In this document: positions 38,953 through 48,659 of the stretch, piece after piece | Position numbering within the stretch: the stretch's first letter is position 1 | Layout of the letters: each line of letters begins with the position of its first letter | Assembly: GCA_963840855.1 (NCBI GenBank) | Contig: CAWJBB010000085.1 | Location: 101,365-165,364, forward strand | Reading direction: 5' to 3' | Length of the DNA stretch: 64,000 bases | From: an uncultured delta proteobacterium | Lineage (GTDB): Bacteria > Desulfobacterota > Binatia > UBA9968 | Translations under genes and position numbers: made by a program | Notes under the pieces: model-generated | What the model was told of the DNA's origin: nothing | What the model saw: the letters and a program-made list of their open reading frames with translations, nothing else | Databases searched by the model: none

Positions 38953-39402
38953 ATGATTAAACTGTGCAGTTCGATTGAGCAAGAAGGCTGGCTTCGTATG
39001 CGCCAGGAGCTTTGGCCGCATGGTTCGCGCGAAGAGCATCTAGCGGAAATGTCGTCATTCTGTTCACAACCGGAGCGCTTTGTTCAGTTCATTGCTTATG
39101 CAAATTCAAACCAAGCGGTCGGTTTCATCGAGGTGGCGGTTCGTACAGACTACGTCAATGGAACAGACGTCTCGCCGGTCGCGTTCCTCGAAGGGATATA
39201 CGTTGTTCCAGAAGCAAGGCGAAGGGGCACTGCCCGAGCGTTGGTCGCAGCAGCAGAGCGCTGGGCAATCAACAAAGGGTGTCGAGAGTTTGCTTCGGAC
39301 GCAGCAATCGAGAACGAACTCAGCCACACCATGCATCGCGCATTGGGGTTCGAGGAAACTGAACGTGTGGTGTTCTTTCGCAAGGCGTTAGCTAAACCGT
39401 AA
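38953..39402 (+). CDS. aac(6')-I: Aminoglycoside 6'-N-acetyltransferase, AAC(6')-I group (cassette 7)
   Basis: WLRMRQELWP, RTDYVNGT, SPVAFLEGIYV, GCREFASDA, HRALGFEETERVVFFRK. Confidence 0.88.
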   Translation: MIKLCSSIEQEGWLRMRQELWPHGSREEHLAEMSSFCSQPERFVQFIAYANSNQAVGFIEVAVRTDYVNGTDVSPVAFLEGIYVVPEARRRGTARALVAAAERWAINKGCREFASDAAIENELSHTMHRALGFEETERVVFFRKALAKP

Positions 39403-39404
39403 GT

Positions 39405-39483
39405 GCCCAACTAATCGCTCAGGCGGACTCGCTACGTCGGCGCTTCGCGCCGCCTTCGCTCGCCGCTTAACTGTGCGTTAGGT
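39405..39483 (+). other. attC site (79 bp), end of array
   Basis: GCCCAAC...AGGCGGA...GGCGCTTCGCGCC...CCGCTTAA...GTTAGGT. Confidence 0.9.
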
Positions 39484-39615
39484 CTTTATCGAATACTGAC
39501 ATTTTACCGCATCCGGAGTTTGTCTTTTGTTTTCATGCCTCACCGTGCTAGCTTGAGCGACGCTTCGTAACCGCATAGCATCGATCCACTCGTTTTCTTA
39601 GAAAGGTAAAACTCC

Positions 39616-40425
39616 ATGGCTGGATGGTTAGACGGAAAAGTAGCAATCGTTACCGGCGGCGCTTCAGGGATTGGCCGGGCTATAGTTGAGCGTTTTATCC
39701 AAGAGGGCGCGAAGGTATGCATTTGTGACCTCGATGCCGAGAAGCTCCAGCAGCTCTCGCGGCTATTGCCGAGCGGCGCCGTGGTCACGGTACAAGGAGA
39801 TGTTACTCGACTGGAAGACAATCGCCGCGGCGTCAAGGCCGCTGTGGATGCATTTGGCAGATTGGATGTTTTCGTCGGGAACGCGGGGCTATTCGACGGC
39901 TCCGTCACCATCGAGAAGCTTCCCGACGAGAAGATAAGCGAGGCGTTCGATGAGATCTTCCACGTCAACGTGAAAGGTTATTTGCTAGGCGTTAAGGCGG
40001 CTCTGCCTGAGCTTCTCAAGACCTCAGGCAATATAATATTCACGGTCTCCAGCGCGGCGTTCTATCCGAACGGCGGAGGCCCTATTTACACCGCCAGCAA
40101 ACACGCTGTCGTAGGGCTTATCCAGGAACTCGCCTTTGAGCTGGCCCCCCGAGTGCGGGTTAACGGCGTGGCCCCTGGGGGGACGGTGACTAATCTTCGT
40201 GTCGTTGCCAGTCTAAAGTCCTTGGCGCCCGCTCCGCTGGAGGCGCAAGCGCGGGAAGCGCGCAGTCGGTCGCGGAACCCCCTGCGGCTGGCAATGCACG
40301 CCGAAGACCATGTAGCGGCGTATTTGCTCTTGGCATCCGACCAAACTCGGACGATGACCGGCGAGATCATCCACAGTGACGGAGGCTTGGGAGCACGAGG
40401 GCTCTCTCTGGCCGAGAATAAGTGA
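39616..40425 (+). CDS. cis-dihydrodiol dehydrogenase (BphB/HcaB-like SDR)
   Basis: MAGWL, TGGASGIG, GNAGLFD, AFDEIFHVNVKGYLLG, YPNGGGPIYTASKHAVVGL. Confidence 0.9.
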   Translation: MAGWLDGKVAIVTGGASGIGRAIVERFIQEGAKVCICDLDAEKLQQLSRLLPSGAVVTVQGDVTRLEDNRRGVKAAVDAFGRLDVFVGNAGLFDGSVTIEKLPDEKISEAFDEIFHVNVKGYLLGVKAALPELLKTSGNIIFTVSSAAFYPNGGGPIYTASKHAVVGLIQELAFELAPRVRVNGVAPGGTVTNLRVVASLKSLAPAPLEAQAREARSRSRNPLRLAMHAEDHVAAYLLLASDQTRTMTGEIIHSDGGLGARGLSLAENK

Positions 40426-40431
40426 TCTTCT

Positions 40432-40932
40432 TTAGAAAAAAATCGCTAAATTCCTCGTCCCCAATACAGACTGATCGACGATGATCAGTCTGCTGGCAAG
40501 TTTCCATTTGCCGTCAAGTTTTCGCAATAGGTCCTGGCGTTGTCCGGAAATCAGGTCCGCCTGTGTAGAGCTGCCGCGACTCCGGTACAGGAGAAAATAA
40601 CTGTAGGCTTTCACTTCGCTTGGGTTCGAGGTGTTTTCCACGCGGATATTGGAAATGAAACGGCGCGTGCGGGAGGGCGGATTTTCGGCCCAGCCAAAGT
40701 CGGTGCCGAGGCGCTTAACGCGCAGCTCGAGAGAGCGGCGATCCTCGGAGAAATGCCCCGTTTGAGAGGAGATATCGCGCTGGCCCCGCTCGCGGGTTAT
40801 GCGCACTGGCATTTCATAGCTTATGTCTTCAGTCAAAAGCTCGAGCCACTCCGCCAGGCTATTGGAGTCGAGCAGCTCCGCCTCACGATAAAAAAACTCC
40901 GCAACTTCTCGCTCTAACTCAAATACAGACAT
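40432..40932 (-). CDS. Aromatic ring-hydroxylating dioxygenase beta subunit
   Basis: FFYREAELLD, WAENPPSRTRRFISN, RQDLLR, DQSVLGTRNLAIFF. Confidence 0.95.
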   Translation of the reverse strand: MSVFELEREVAEFFYREAELLDSNSLAEWLELLTEDISYEMPVRITRERGQRDISSQTGHFSEDRRSLELRVKRLGTDFGWAENPPSRTRRFISNIRVENTSNPSEVKAYSYFLLYRSRGSSTQADLISGQRQDLLRKLDGKWKLASRLIIVDQSVLGTRNLAIFF

Positions 40933-42238
40933 CTCCTTCATCCCTAAGAAGCAGATCGAGCCAGCGCCGGTAAAAGGCTCGGGCATTGGCTTCGTGAAAT
41001 TTACACTCATAAACCTCCCCGGGACCGGGAAAAGAATCCATGGGCTTGCGGCCCAAACCCATCTGGTAGTTAAAGGTCACGCCGGGGAGTTGGCTAACCT
41101 TGCGGCTATTTTCCGTGACGTTGACCCAGTTTTCCGTGTCGTCTTGCTCGAGCATGCCGGAAGATCCGAAAGTGTGGATATAAGCTCTTTGCGCCTTTTT
41201 CTTCCATTCCTCCGGAATCTCCTTTTCTACCAAAACCCACGAAACCACCTCGATGGTATCGTATCCAACGGGCTGCCAAAGCCGCATCGTGGTGTGGTAG
41301 ATCGGTTGACCTTCGTAGGTCATCGAAGAGATAAGAAAAGATAGATTGGGGAAAACTGTCGCGTGCGCATTTTTAACCGTCTTCAAGAGGGAAAACTGCT
41401 CAGGGCTTAAATTTTTCTCAAACTGCTGGAGCAATGTCTCGGGCCAGATGCTGGGAGAATCGGCAACTCCAGTGCCAATGCCGATACCATGGCCGTTACC
41501 CGCATGAATATGGTAGCCGAACTTCGCATAGGCGATGTTTGGAAAAAGTCCCAAGCTGGGCATGCACGCATGTGTGTTGGTTACGTGATACGCATCGGAG
41601 GCAAAATTCTCAGCGGGAAGCTTCCAATTCGACTGAACAACCCACCTCTGAGGAGGTCCCATCACAGTCATTTCGGCCCTCTTCAGATAAAGATCGAGGT
41701 ACCATTTCATTCCGCCCAAGTATTGATCCAAGGACTCCTCCCGGCCGGGTAGCGCGCCGAAAACAAGTCCTTGGAAACTGCCGGTCCTCATTTCTAATAG
41801 ACCATACTTGGATTTATCCAACGTACCGTAGGAGTCCTTTTCAAAGGGCACGCCGATGAGCTCTCCGGTGTTTTTGTAGTTATAGCCGTGATAGGGGCAC
41901 AGGAAATCCGAGCTATTGCCCGAATCCGTACGACAAACCCGCATTCCTCGATGGCGGCAGACATTCAAGAGAATCCGGATTTTGCCGTCCTCGCCGCGAA
42001 CTACAATAACTGGGTATTGACCTAAAGACCGGGTCACATAGTCTCCCGGTTCCGAGATCTCCGATTCATGAGCCACGAGCAACCAACAGCGCGGAAAAAT
42101 ACGCTCCATCTCCAACCCAAAGACCTCAGGGCTGGAAAAAATGTAGGCCGGAATCTGGCCCTGGTCAGGACGAACGTCTTGCCGCAGCAGACTGATCAAT
42201 TGCTCCCGTCTACTCACTGGCAACGTTTCGCTATCCAT
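40919..42238 (-). CDS. Aromatic ring-hydroxylating dioxygenase alpha subunit (biphenyl/phenylpropionate/PAH-like)
   Basis: NVCRHRG...CPYHG Rieske motif, NWKLPAENFASDAYH..TH, EQDDTENW. Confidence 0.95.
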   Translation of the reverse strand: MDSETLPVSRREQLISLLRQDVRPDQGQIPAYIFSSPEVFGLEMERIFPRCWLLVAHESEISEPGDYVTRSLGQYPVIVVRGEDGKIRILLNVCRHRGMRVCRTDSGNSSDFLCPYHGYNYKNTGELIGVPFEKDSYGTLDKSKYGLLEMRTGSFQGLVFGALPGREESLDQYLGGMKWYLDLYLKRAEMTVMGPPQRWVVQSNWKLPAENFASDAYHVTNTHACMPSLGLFPNIAYAKFGYHIHAGNGHGIGIGTGVADSPSIWPETLLQQFEKNLSPEQFSLLKTVKNAHATVFPNLSFLISSMTYEGQPIYHTTMRLWQPVGYDTIEVVSWVLVEKEIPEEWKKKAQRAYIHTFGSSGMLEQDDTENWVNVTENSRKVSQLPGVTFNYQMGLGRKPMDSFPGPGEVYECKFHEANARAFYRRWLDLLLRDEGDVCI

Positions 42239-42279
42239 GTCTTAACACCTACAAAAGTCGTCGCAAGAAAAGCACTCTT

Positions 42280-43304
42280 CTATTTAAGGATCTCCTTAAG
42301 TCTTGTGGAGAAACCAGTCTCTAGCTTGAAGAGGTCGTTCACGATCGTCTCCAACTCTTCACCCGTGGTAGGATCTATGTCGAGTCTACCCTTTCTCGCA
42401 TCTGCAATAAACTCGGAATCCTTTAGCGTATCCATAAAGGCCTTGCGCAGGATCTGGCTGCGCTCTTTGGGAGTTCCCGGAGGCAAAGCGTAGAGGCGAG
42501 TGATAGCGCCCTGATCCTGAATGCCTATCTGGATCAACCTGCGCGCCTCTTCGGTCTTGGCGAAGCTAAGCGCCAAGGGAACCTCTGGGAGGTCCGGGAG
42601 GGGCTTCGGGGTGGCCTGCAACACCACGATTACATTTCCTGTTTCCAGCGCCTTTTGCCAGGTCGCCTTGATAGACTCCCATTGCCAACAACCGCCGGCG
42701 AGCTCTCCGCTCTCAGCCGCCAGACGGATGTCGGCAGTGCCTTTATAACCGGAGACCAACTGCACAGGCAGGTTCAAGGCCGCTTTGAGGATTTTTGGCG
42801 CGTCCTCGGGCGCCGTGCTCCTTCCGGTGCCGCCGATTTTGACGGGGGTCTTGGAGGCCATCCATTTTTCGATGCTTGTGATCCCGCTGGCCTTGGTGAA
42901 GGCGCAGGCGATGTTATCTTTCGAAGGCACGCCGATCCATTCAAACCGGCGCGCGTCGAACTCGATTCCAGGCTGCCCCAGAATCTGTCCTATAATGAGT
43001 CCTCCTATGAAGTTCCCGATCGATAGGCCATCGGGTTTTGCCGCCTTGTAAGTATAGTTGGCGGCCACAAGGGTTCCTGCTCCAGCCATATTTTCCACAA
43101 CGATAGTGGGAGCGCCGGAAATATGCTTGACCATGTGGCGCGCCAGGCTGCGCGAATAGGCGTCGAATCCGCCGCGGCCGGAGCTCCGACGATGAGGCGC
43201 ACAGTCTTGCCCTTGTAAAACATCTCATCCGCGCCGCGGGCAAGGGTCGCTGCCAGCGCGATCCCTGCGATCGAGCCAATTAATCCCAAAAATTTTGGAC
43301 TCAT
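42280..43304 (-). CDS. Bug/TctC-family substrate-binding protein, frameshifted near 43170
   Basis: FYKGKTVRLIVG (ORF 43005-43304) joins VVENMAGAG...GYKGTA (ORF 42280-43134). Confidence 0.85.
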
Positions 43305-43324
43305 GGCATCACCCCGCCCTTTCG

Positions 43325-44014
43325 TCAGGCCAACTTATAGCCCGTCTCATAGTGTAGATAAATACCATCGAAATAGAACCAGCGCATCTTGGCGCTTTCG
43401 CGGGCGTAGTGGATAGCCATTTCCTGGAGCTCTGGGGTCGTGCAGTGTCGTTCCAGGAGATCGAACGCGCGACCTCCGTGTTCGGTATCGGCCCCGACAT
43501 GCAGCCAGAAATGTTCAATGTCTTCCTCTTTGAAGCGATAGATATTTCGCAGGGCTGGCAGCATACGCCCGTAAAGGAGAGGAGATTGCGATTCGGTACC
43601 GATGCGAAGGGCCGCAACACCTTTAATCCAAGGTTGTTCTTTCGCCGCCCGGATAAGCCAGTTGGCCCATGCTTCCGTGGTTGGCAATCCGCGACCCTTC
43701 TTAACCGCTTCGATATCGGCGCCGTTAGCCTGGGCAAATCTGAGCACGATGTCCAGATGAGGTCGCGCCTCGTCGGTCTCTTCACGGAGATTCTCCAGTT
43801 CCATGGCGATCACGTCTTTTGGCGCCTTAGCGCAGATAGAGAAGGCTGCCTCCGGCATCTTGTTCACCCAATGCCAGTGCTCGATGGCCCATCCCATCAT
43901 GGCGTTGCGGCTGATCTGGCCCCCAACCCACTTCTCCGTTAGTGGATGGTTGGCGCAGTGACGCTCCATGACCGCAGCCTCGAGGCGTTGCCTAAGAGAG
44001 CCTTGCGATTTCAT
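43325..44014 (-). CDS. PqqC/CADD-like heme-oxygenase-fold iron-containing redox protein
   Basis: ENLREE...PHLDI, ESQSP, HFWLHVGADTEHG. Confidence 0.8.
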   Translation of the reverse strand: MKSQGSLRQRLEAAVMERHCANHPLTEKWVGGQISRNAMMGWAIEHWHWVNKMPEAAFSICAKAPKDVIAMELENLREETDEARPHLDIVLRFAQANGADIEAVKKGRGLPTTEAWANWLIRAAKEQPWIKGVAALRIGTESQSPLLYGRMLPALRNIYRFKEEDIEHFWLHVGADTEHGGRAFDLLERHCTTPELQEMAIHYARESAKMRWFYFDGIYLHYETGYKLA

Positions 44015-44131
44015 ATCAATTCTCCTTACGTAGAACATAGGCAAAGTCATACGCAATCAACTGCGTCTGTAAATACACACGACCGCGCAGCGATCGATGA
44101 GTTCAGTCGCTTGAAATTTCCTGACGTGTCT

Positions 44132-45050
44132 TCAACCAGTCCCAATAGTTCTCCTGGGAGCGCCGTCAATCCACAGGAGGCGTGCGGCGCGGAAACCCAA
44201 GATGCTCTCGGCTTTACCGGCATCATAGCCGCACCAGTTTTCCTTCAGGCCTGACTTGATGAGCTTAACCTGAGGAAGATAGCGCTCAACAAGCTCGCTG
44301 GTGGGTTCCTGCATGATCGTCTTGGGCGCGCATATATTGAAGGCTTCATGGCCGGAAAAATCCCGCTCCACCGCCAATCGGCAAGCTGCCGCCGCGTCTC
44401 TCACGTCGATGTAGCTCCACAACGCCCCCGTCCCCCGCCAAAGAGGATCCTTACGTCTCTCCAGCAAAATTGGATATTGCTCATCCGTCGCGATACCGGC
44501 AAAGCGCAGGCTGGCAATCTGGATCTCCTTCTTCCTGGCGAATGCATCACAGATTTTTTCTCCCACGAGCTTCGTCATCCCATAGGGATCCTGCGGAATG
44601 AGAGGGTGATTCTCGTCAATGGGCAGGTAATCAGGCGCATTCGGGCAGGAAGGATAGTAAAGCCCGTAAACCGCAAGGCTCGAACCGGAAACAATCCTTT
44701 TTACTCCCGCCTCCAGCGACGCAACCAGGACATTGTAGCTAATCGTCACATTGCGAGAAAATCTCTCTGTGTCTGCCGCGACATCCGGAGTATTCCAACG
44801 CCTGCTCGCAGGATCGAAGCCATTGGCTGTGTAAGGAAACGGTATTCGAGCCAGATGCATAACCGCCTGCGCGCCTTCAAAGACACTAAAAAGGCCCTTC
44901 ACCTCTCGCCAAATCCACGGCGAATGAGGGGCAGGCTTGTTCTGCGGGCACAACCGTGTCGATAGATAAAACCTCATGACCGTGCCCTAGCAGTTCTTTT
45001 ATGACATATCGTCCAAGTCTTCCTGCTCCCCCTGTAACAACGATTTTCAT
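44132..45050 (-). CDS. NAD-dependent epimerase/dehydratase, frameshifted near 44905
   Basis: MKIVVTGGAGRLG start at 45050; HLARIP, YLPIDENHP, YGMTK, WSYIDVRD. Confidence 0.85.
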
Positions 45051-45102
45051 TGCCGTACTTCACTCCTTCAGCAACAAGTTCGAGAAGGGTGTTGAAAACC
45101 TT

Positions 45103-45205
45103 CGTTCACCCTGCGACTAGGCTCAGGGCGAACGGAGGTTTCTTTAAATTTCATAATAAATTTCCGTTCCACTGAGCTTGCCGAAGTGTAAGCCCGTCGA
45201 AGCAT
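45103..45205. repeat. CGTTC...GCTCAGGGCGAACG-type REP pair
   Basis: CGTTCACCCTGCGACTAGGCTCAGGGCGAACGG and CCGTTCCACTGAGCTTGCCGAAG. Confidence 0.7.
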
Positions 45206-45280
45206 GGAATTCCTCTTTTAACAGCCTGCTAGAAAATAACAAAACCAGCCGCCCGCGCCGGTCACGCCGCCTGGAAATTT

Positions 45281-45421
45281 ATTCTCCTTCGCCGAATACC
45301 TCGCAGCTTGCTGCTAGGATGAAGGCGAGGAGAACCCTCCGTAGCCTTGGCGAAGGAGGGTGAAAGGGCTTCGGAGAATTTCGCAAAGATACCTCGGAGC
45401 TTTGCTCCGAGGAGCTTTATT
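45281..45421 (-). mobile_element. ~140-bp hairpin MITE-like element, copy 3 (inverted)
   Basis: Reverse complement of 29731-29872. Confidence 0.8.
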
Positions 45422-45532
45422 GCCGTGCGCTGGGTCTGAACTGGAAAGTTAAGAGCCAAGAGCATAGCGCCCACCACGAAACGAGAATTTGTTGAGAAGT
45501 TGAGAGGTCAAATTTGACGTTGAGTTGTTTAT

Positions 45533-47428
45533 CTAATCCAACTGCGCCCACTCGCTAAATTCTTCCAGCCCAAGCTGTTTGAGCGTGTCCATGTAAGGAC
45601 GGCCGGTTTTTTCGTGCCGGCCGGACAACTGATAATACTCGCGGACCATTTCCGGCAACCATTTACCAATCGTAAAGCCCTTGTACTTTCCGTCCGGCAC
45701 CGGATCGAGAAATCTCTGGCCCACTTGCTGCCAATCGTGATCCGCGACCCAGCCTCTTTGCGTGCCGAAGATGCTCTGCAAGATCGCGCTGCGCTGCCCG
45801 GCTACCATCGCCTCGTCGAGATCGAATTTCCAACCGGTTGTAGCATTGAAGGAATCGATAATGCTCTTGAGCCCATCCGGTTTCATGTGCATCTGCGCAA
45901 ACCAACAGCCGCCCATGAGACCGACGAACTGGCGGTACTGCTCGGCGATCACATTGGACTGCGGCCAGCCTTTTGGATCATCGCGGTCGAGGGGACCCCA
46001 TTTTTCCCGATATTTGAGATCGGGCGGAGGACTGGCTTGCCCGCCTCCCTGCGGCTTCATGCCGCCGCTGGCGACGATCTCACGCAACATGTTGCTGAAA
46101 TGCGGCCGCCAGTCATGCATCGCGGGAACGCCGCGCTTGGTGTGCACGACCCATTGGACAGCGTCGCCACCGATAGCCTCCGCCACTTCCAGCGGCCCGT
46201 CGGCGATCAGGTTTCCCCACTTGCCCTCGCGGCGCGCGGTCATTTCGAGCAGTTTGTCGATGGCTTCGACGTTGCCCCATTCGAGGCGCAGCCCATCGCA
46301 GTCCTCGGCTTTCACCAGTCCTTTGTCATAAGCTTCGAAGAGAGAACACCGGCGCCGAACGCAAAATGGCCGCACTCGATGCCGAGATCGTTGATGCGCT
46401 CGGCTAGATAGAGCGTCGCGTTGCCCTTGACGCCGAGGTTCCAGAACGTATCGAGCCACTCGGCGCCGGCGTTGAAATGGCCGATCTTGCCTTTGAACTC
46501 TCCTTCACCGATTTCCACGTCCCAGGGGCAGAGCCGCTGGCACTGGAAGCATGGCCGTTGGGTCACGCGGTTTTGCTCGAAACCGCGGTTGTGATCGGCG
46601 ATGAGCGTACTCTGCATATTGTTGTTGGGAAGCGCTTCGAGATGGCGTGCGTGACCCACGGTATAGCGATCTTCGACGGCATAGACTTGCAAGGTTTTGC
46701 GCCAGCGCAGGCCCGCTTCGATCAACGCAGTTCTGTCGTGAAGCGGCGGCCGCTTGGTGCCCCACACGACGACACCTTTGAGTTTTTTGGCGCCAAAGAT
46801 CGCCCCACCGCTGTGCGACGCCGAGTGATTATAGTCGTTGCACAGCATGGCCGCATGCACCCTATGCTCGCCCGCCGGCCCGATACCCATCACCTTGGCG
46901 TCTTTGATGCCGACATCAGCGCGCAACATATCTTCTGTATCGCGCGCGCCCTTACCCCAGAATCTAGCCGCGTCGCGGAGCTCGGGCTTGCCGTCATTGA
47001 TGAATAGATAACACGGCTTATTCGCCGCTCCCTCGACAATAATGCCGTCGTAGCCCGCTTGCTTCAGATAAGCTGCCCAGTAGCCGCTGGACGCGCCGCG
47101 GCCCAGTGAATAATTGGTCATCGGGCTTAAAAACACCGCGCAGACTTTCGTACCGCCGGGCGTAAAACCGGTGCCGGTCAGCGGCCCGGTCATCATGACC
47201 ATCTTGCTTTCCGGCGCGTAGGGCTTCACGTCGATCGGCAGCTCGCGCATGAGCATATATAAGAGCCAACGCCTGCCCGCCGATGAATTTTCTGAGCACC
47301 GGCTCTTCCGGTAAGTTCTCATCTTTCATCGAGCCGGCGCTGAGATCGACGCGCAGCATCTTGCCCATGTATCCGCCGGGAAGCGGCGTGGTGCGTACGC
47401 GCGGAAAAAGTTCATCAGCTATGGCCAT
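45533..47428 (-). CDS. Aldehyde:ferredoxin oxidoreductase (tungsten AOR family), two frameshifts
   Basis: GGYMGKMLRVDLS, TGPLTGT, AGYDGIIVEG, IGPAGE, GAKKLKGVVV, LEWGN, HDWR over three ORFs. Confidence 0.88.
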
Positions 47429-47441
47429 AGAGTTCCGGCCT

Positions 47442-48533
47442 TCATGCAAGGCGGAGTGATTGGAGTACTGGAGTAACGGAGCGATAGAAATCCGAAACCC
47501 AATACTCCAACCACTCCAGTACTCCAGTGCACTGACGCTTACATTTTATGAACGCTTCCTTCACGAACAGACTCTCGAGCGGGAGTTCTTTCTTCACCAA
47601 CCCCTGCTCGATCTGGTACCGGTTTAACGCTTGGATGGTTTTCTTGTCCGAGTCGGTGAGCACGCAAGCATAGGGGTCGTAACCGAGCACGTCGCGCTCT
47701 TTGGCGTAACCGGCGGCATCGCCTTCCTTGAAGTATTTCGGTGCGAGCCGGTTCGCCTCCCGAAAGGCTTCGATCAATTTCGCCGCCAGATCGGGATATT
47801 GCTCTACCGTTTCCTCTTTGATCGTCACGATATGAATGATTGGATAAATCTGCGTCCGTTTCACGTAGCGTATGATTTCATCGGCGTCTTCGAACAACGG
47901 TTTCACACCGGGAGACTTCCCCATCGAGGCCGGCAAAGTTCCGCCGCCGAAGAGTGCCGGGTATCCCGAGTCGCCGGCAACCAAAGCCGCCGCGAGCTTG
48001 CCTTCGCTGACAAGCTTTGAGAGCTGCGCTTTTTCTTGGCCGAAGGGCGGCGGCGGATCAAGCCGCTCGACTTTCACCGGCAACTCGGTGCCGATGTAAA
48101 CTTCCTGGCCGGATACGAACCAGCCGACATCGGTCGTCTTGATGCCGTGTTCATCCAAAAGGTATCCGCGCGCCCATGATACCGCGGTGGCGCCATAACG
48201 GAATGCGCCAATCTGTTTACCCTTGAGCTCGCTTGGATGTTTAAGGCTGCCCTCGCGATAAAAAATATTACGCTGCCGCGGGCCGCGCTGAAAGAATACC
48301 GGCAACGCGGCGAAGCGCTTGCCCTTCTCCTTGGCGCGCATCAAGGTCGCCGTCGACATCTCGGCGACATCGAACTCGCCCTGCACAAAGCGATAATGCA
48401 TTTCTCCCGGCGAATATTTGTCGCCGACATATTCGAGATCGTAACCGTCGATGGGAATCAAGCCGTCGATGAGCGCGCGGTTACGCGGGTTGGGATTCGT
48501 GCTGAAAGTAATCTTCGGTTTGTTTTGCGCCAT
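47442..48533 (-). CDS. 4,5-dihydroxyphthalate decarboxylase-like / substrate-binding protein (true stop probably near 47540)
   Basis: RALIDG, EFDVAEMS, ALPVF, IYPIIH; C-terminus runs into a repeat. Confidence 0.8.
   Translation of the reverse strand: MAQNKPKITFSTNPNPRNRALIDGLIPIDGYDLEYVGDKYSPGEMHYRFVQGEFDVAEMSTATLMRAKEKGKRFAALPVFFQRGPRQRNIFYREGSLKHPSELKGKQIGAFRYGATAVSWARGYLLDEHGIKTTDVGWFVSGQEVYIGTELPVKVERLDPPPPFGQEKAQLSKLVSEGKLAAALVAGDSGYPALFGGGTLPASMGKSPGVKPLFEDADEIIRYVKRTQIYPIIHIVTIKEETVEQYPDLAAKLIEAFREANRLAPKYFKEGDAAGYAKERDVLGYDPYACVLTDSDKKTIQALNRYQIEQGLVKKELPLESLFVKEAFIKCKRQCTGVLEWLEYWVSDFYRSVTPVLQSLRLA
47453..47526. repeat. GGAGTA short-period inverted repeat
   Basis: GGAGTGATTGGAGTACTGGAGTAACGGAG ... 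TACTCCAACCACTCCAGTACTCCA. Confidence 0.75.
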
Positions 48534-48561
48534 CGTTATTCCTCCACATGCCGTATGAATT

Positions 48562-48623
48562 TGTAGGGGCAGACCTATGTGTCTGCCCTCTCGGACGGGC
48601 GACCACGCAGGGTCGCCCCTACA
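48562..48623. repeat. GTAG-type REP doublet
   Basis: Inverted near-copy of 27468-27529. Confidence 0.85.
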
Positions 48624-48659
48624 ATTCTATTGCACCGCCAAATGTTTCCGTCTTTCCAT

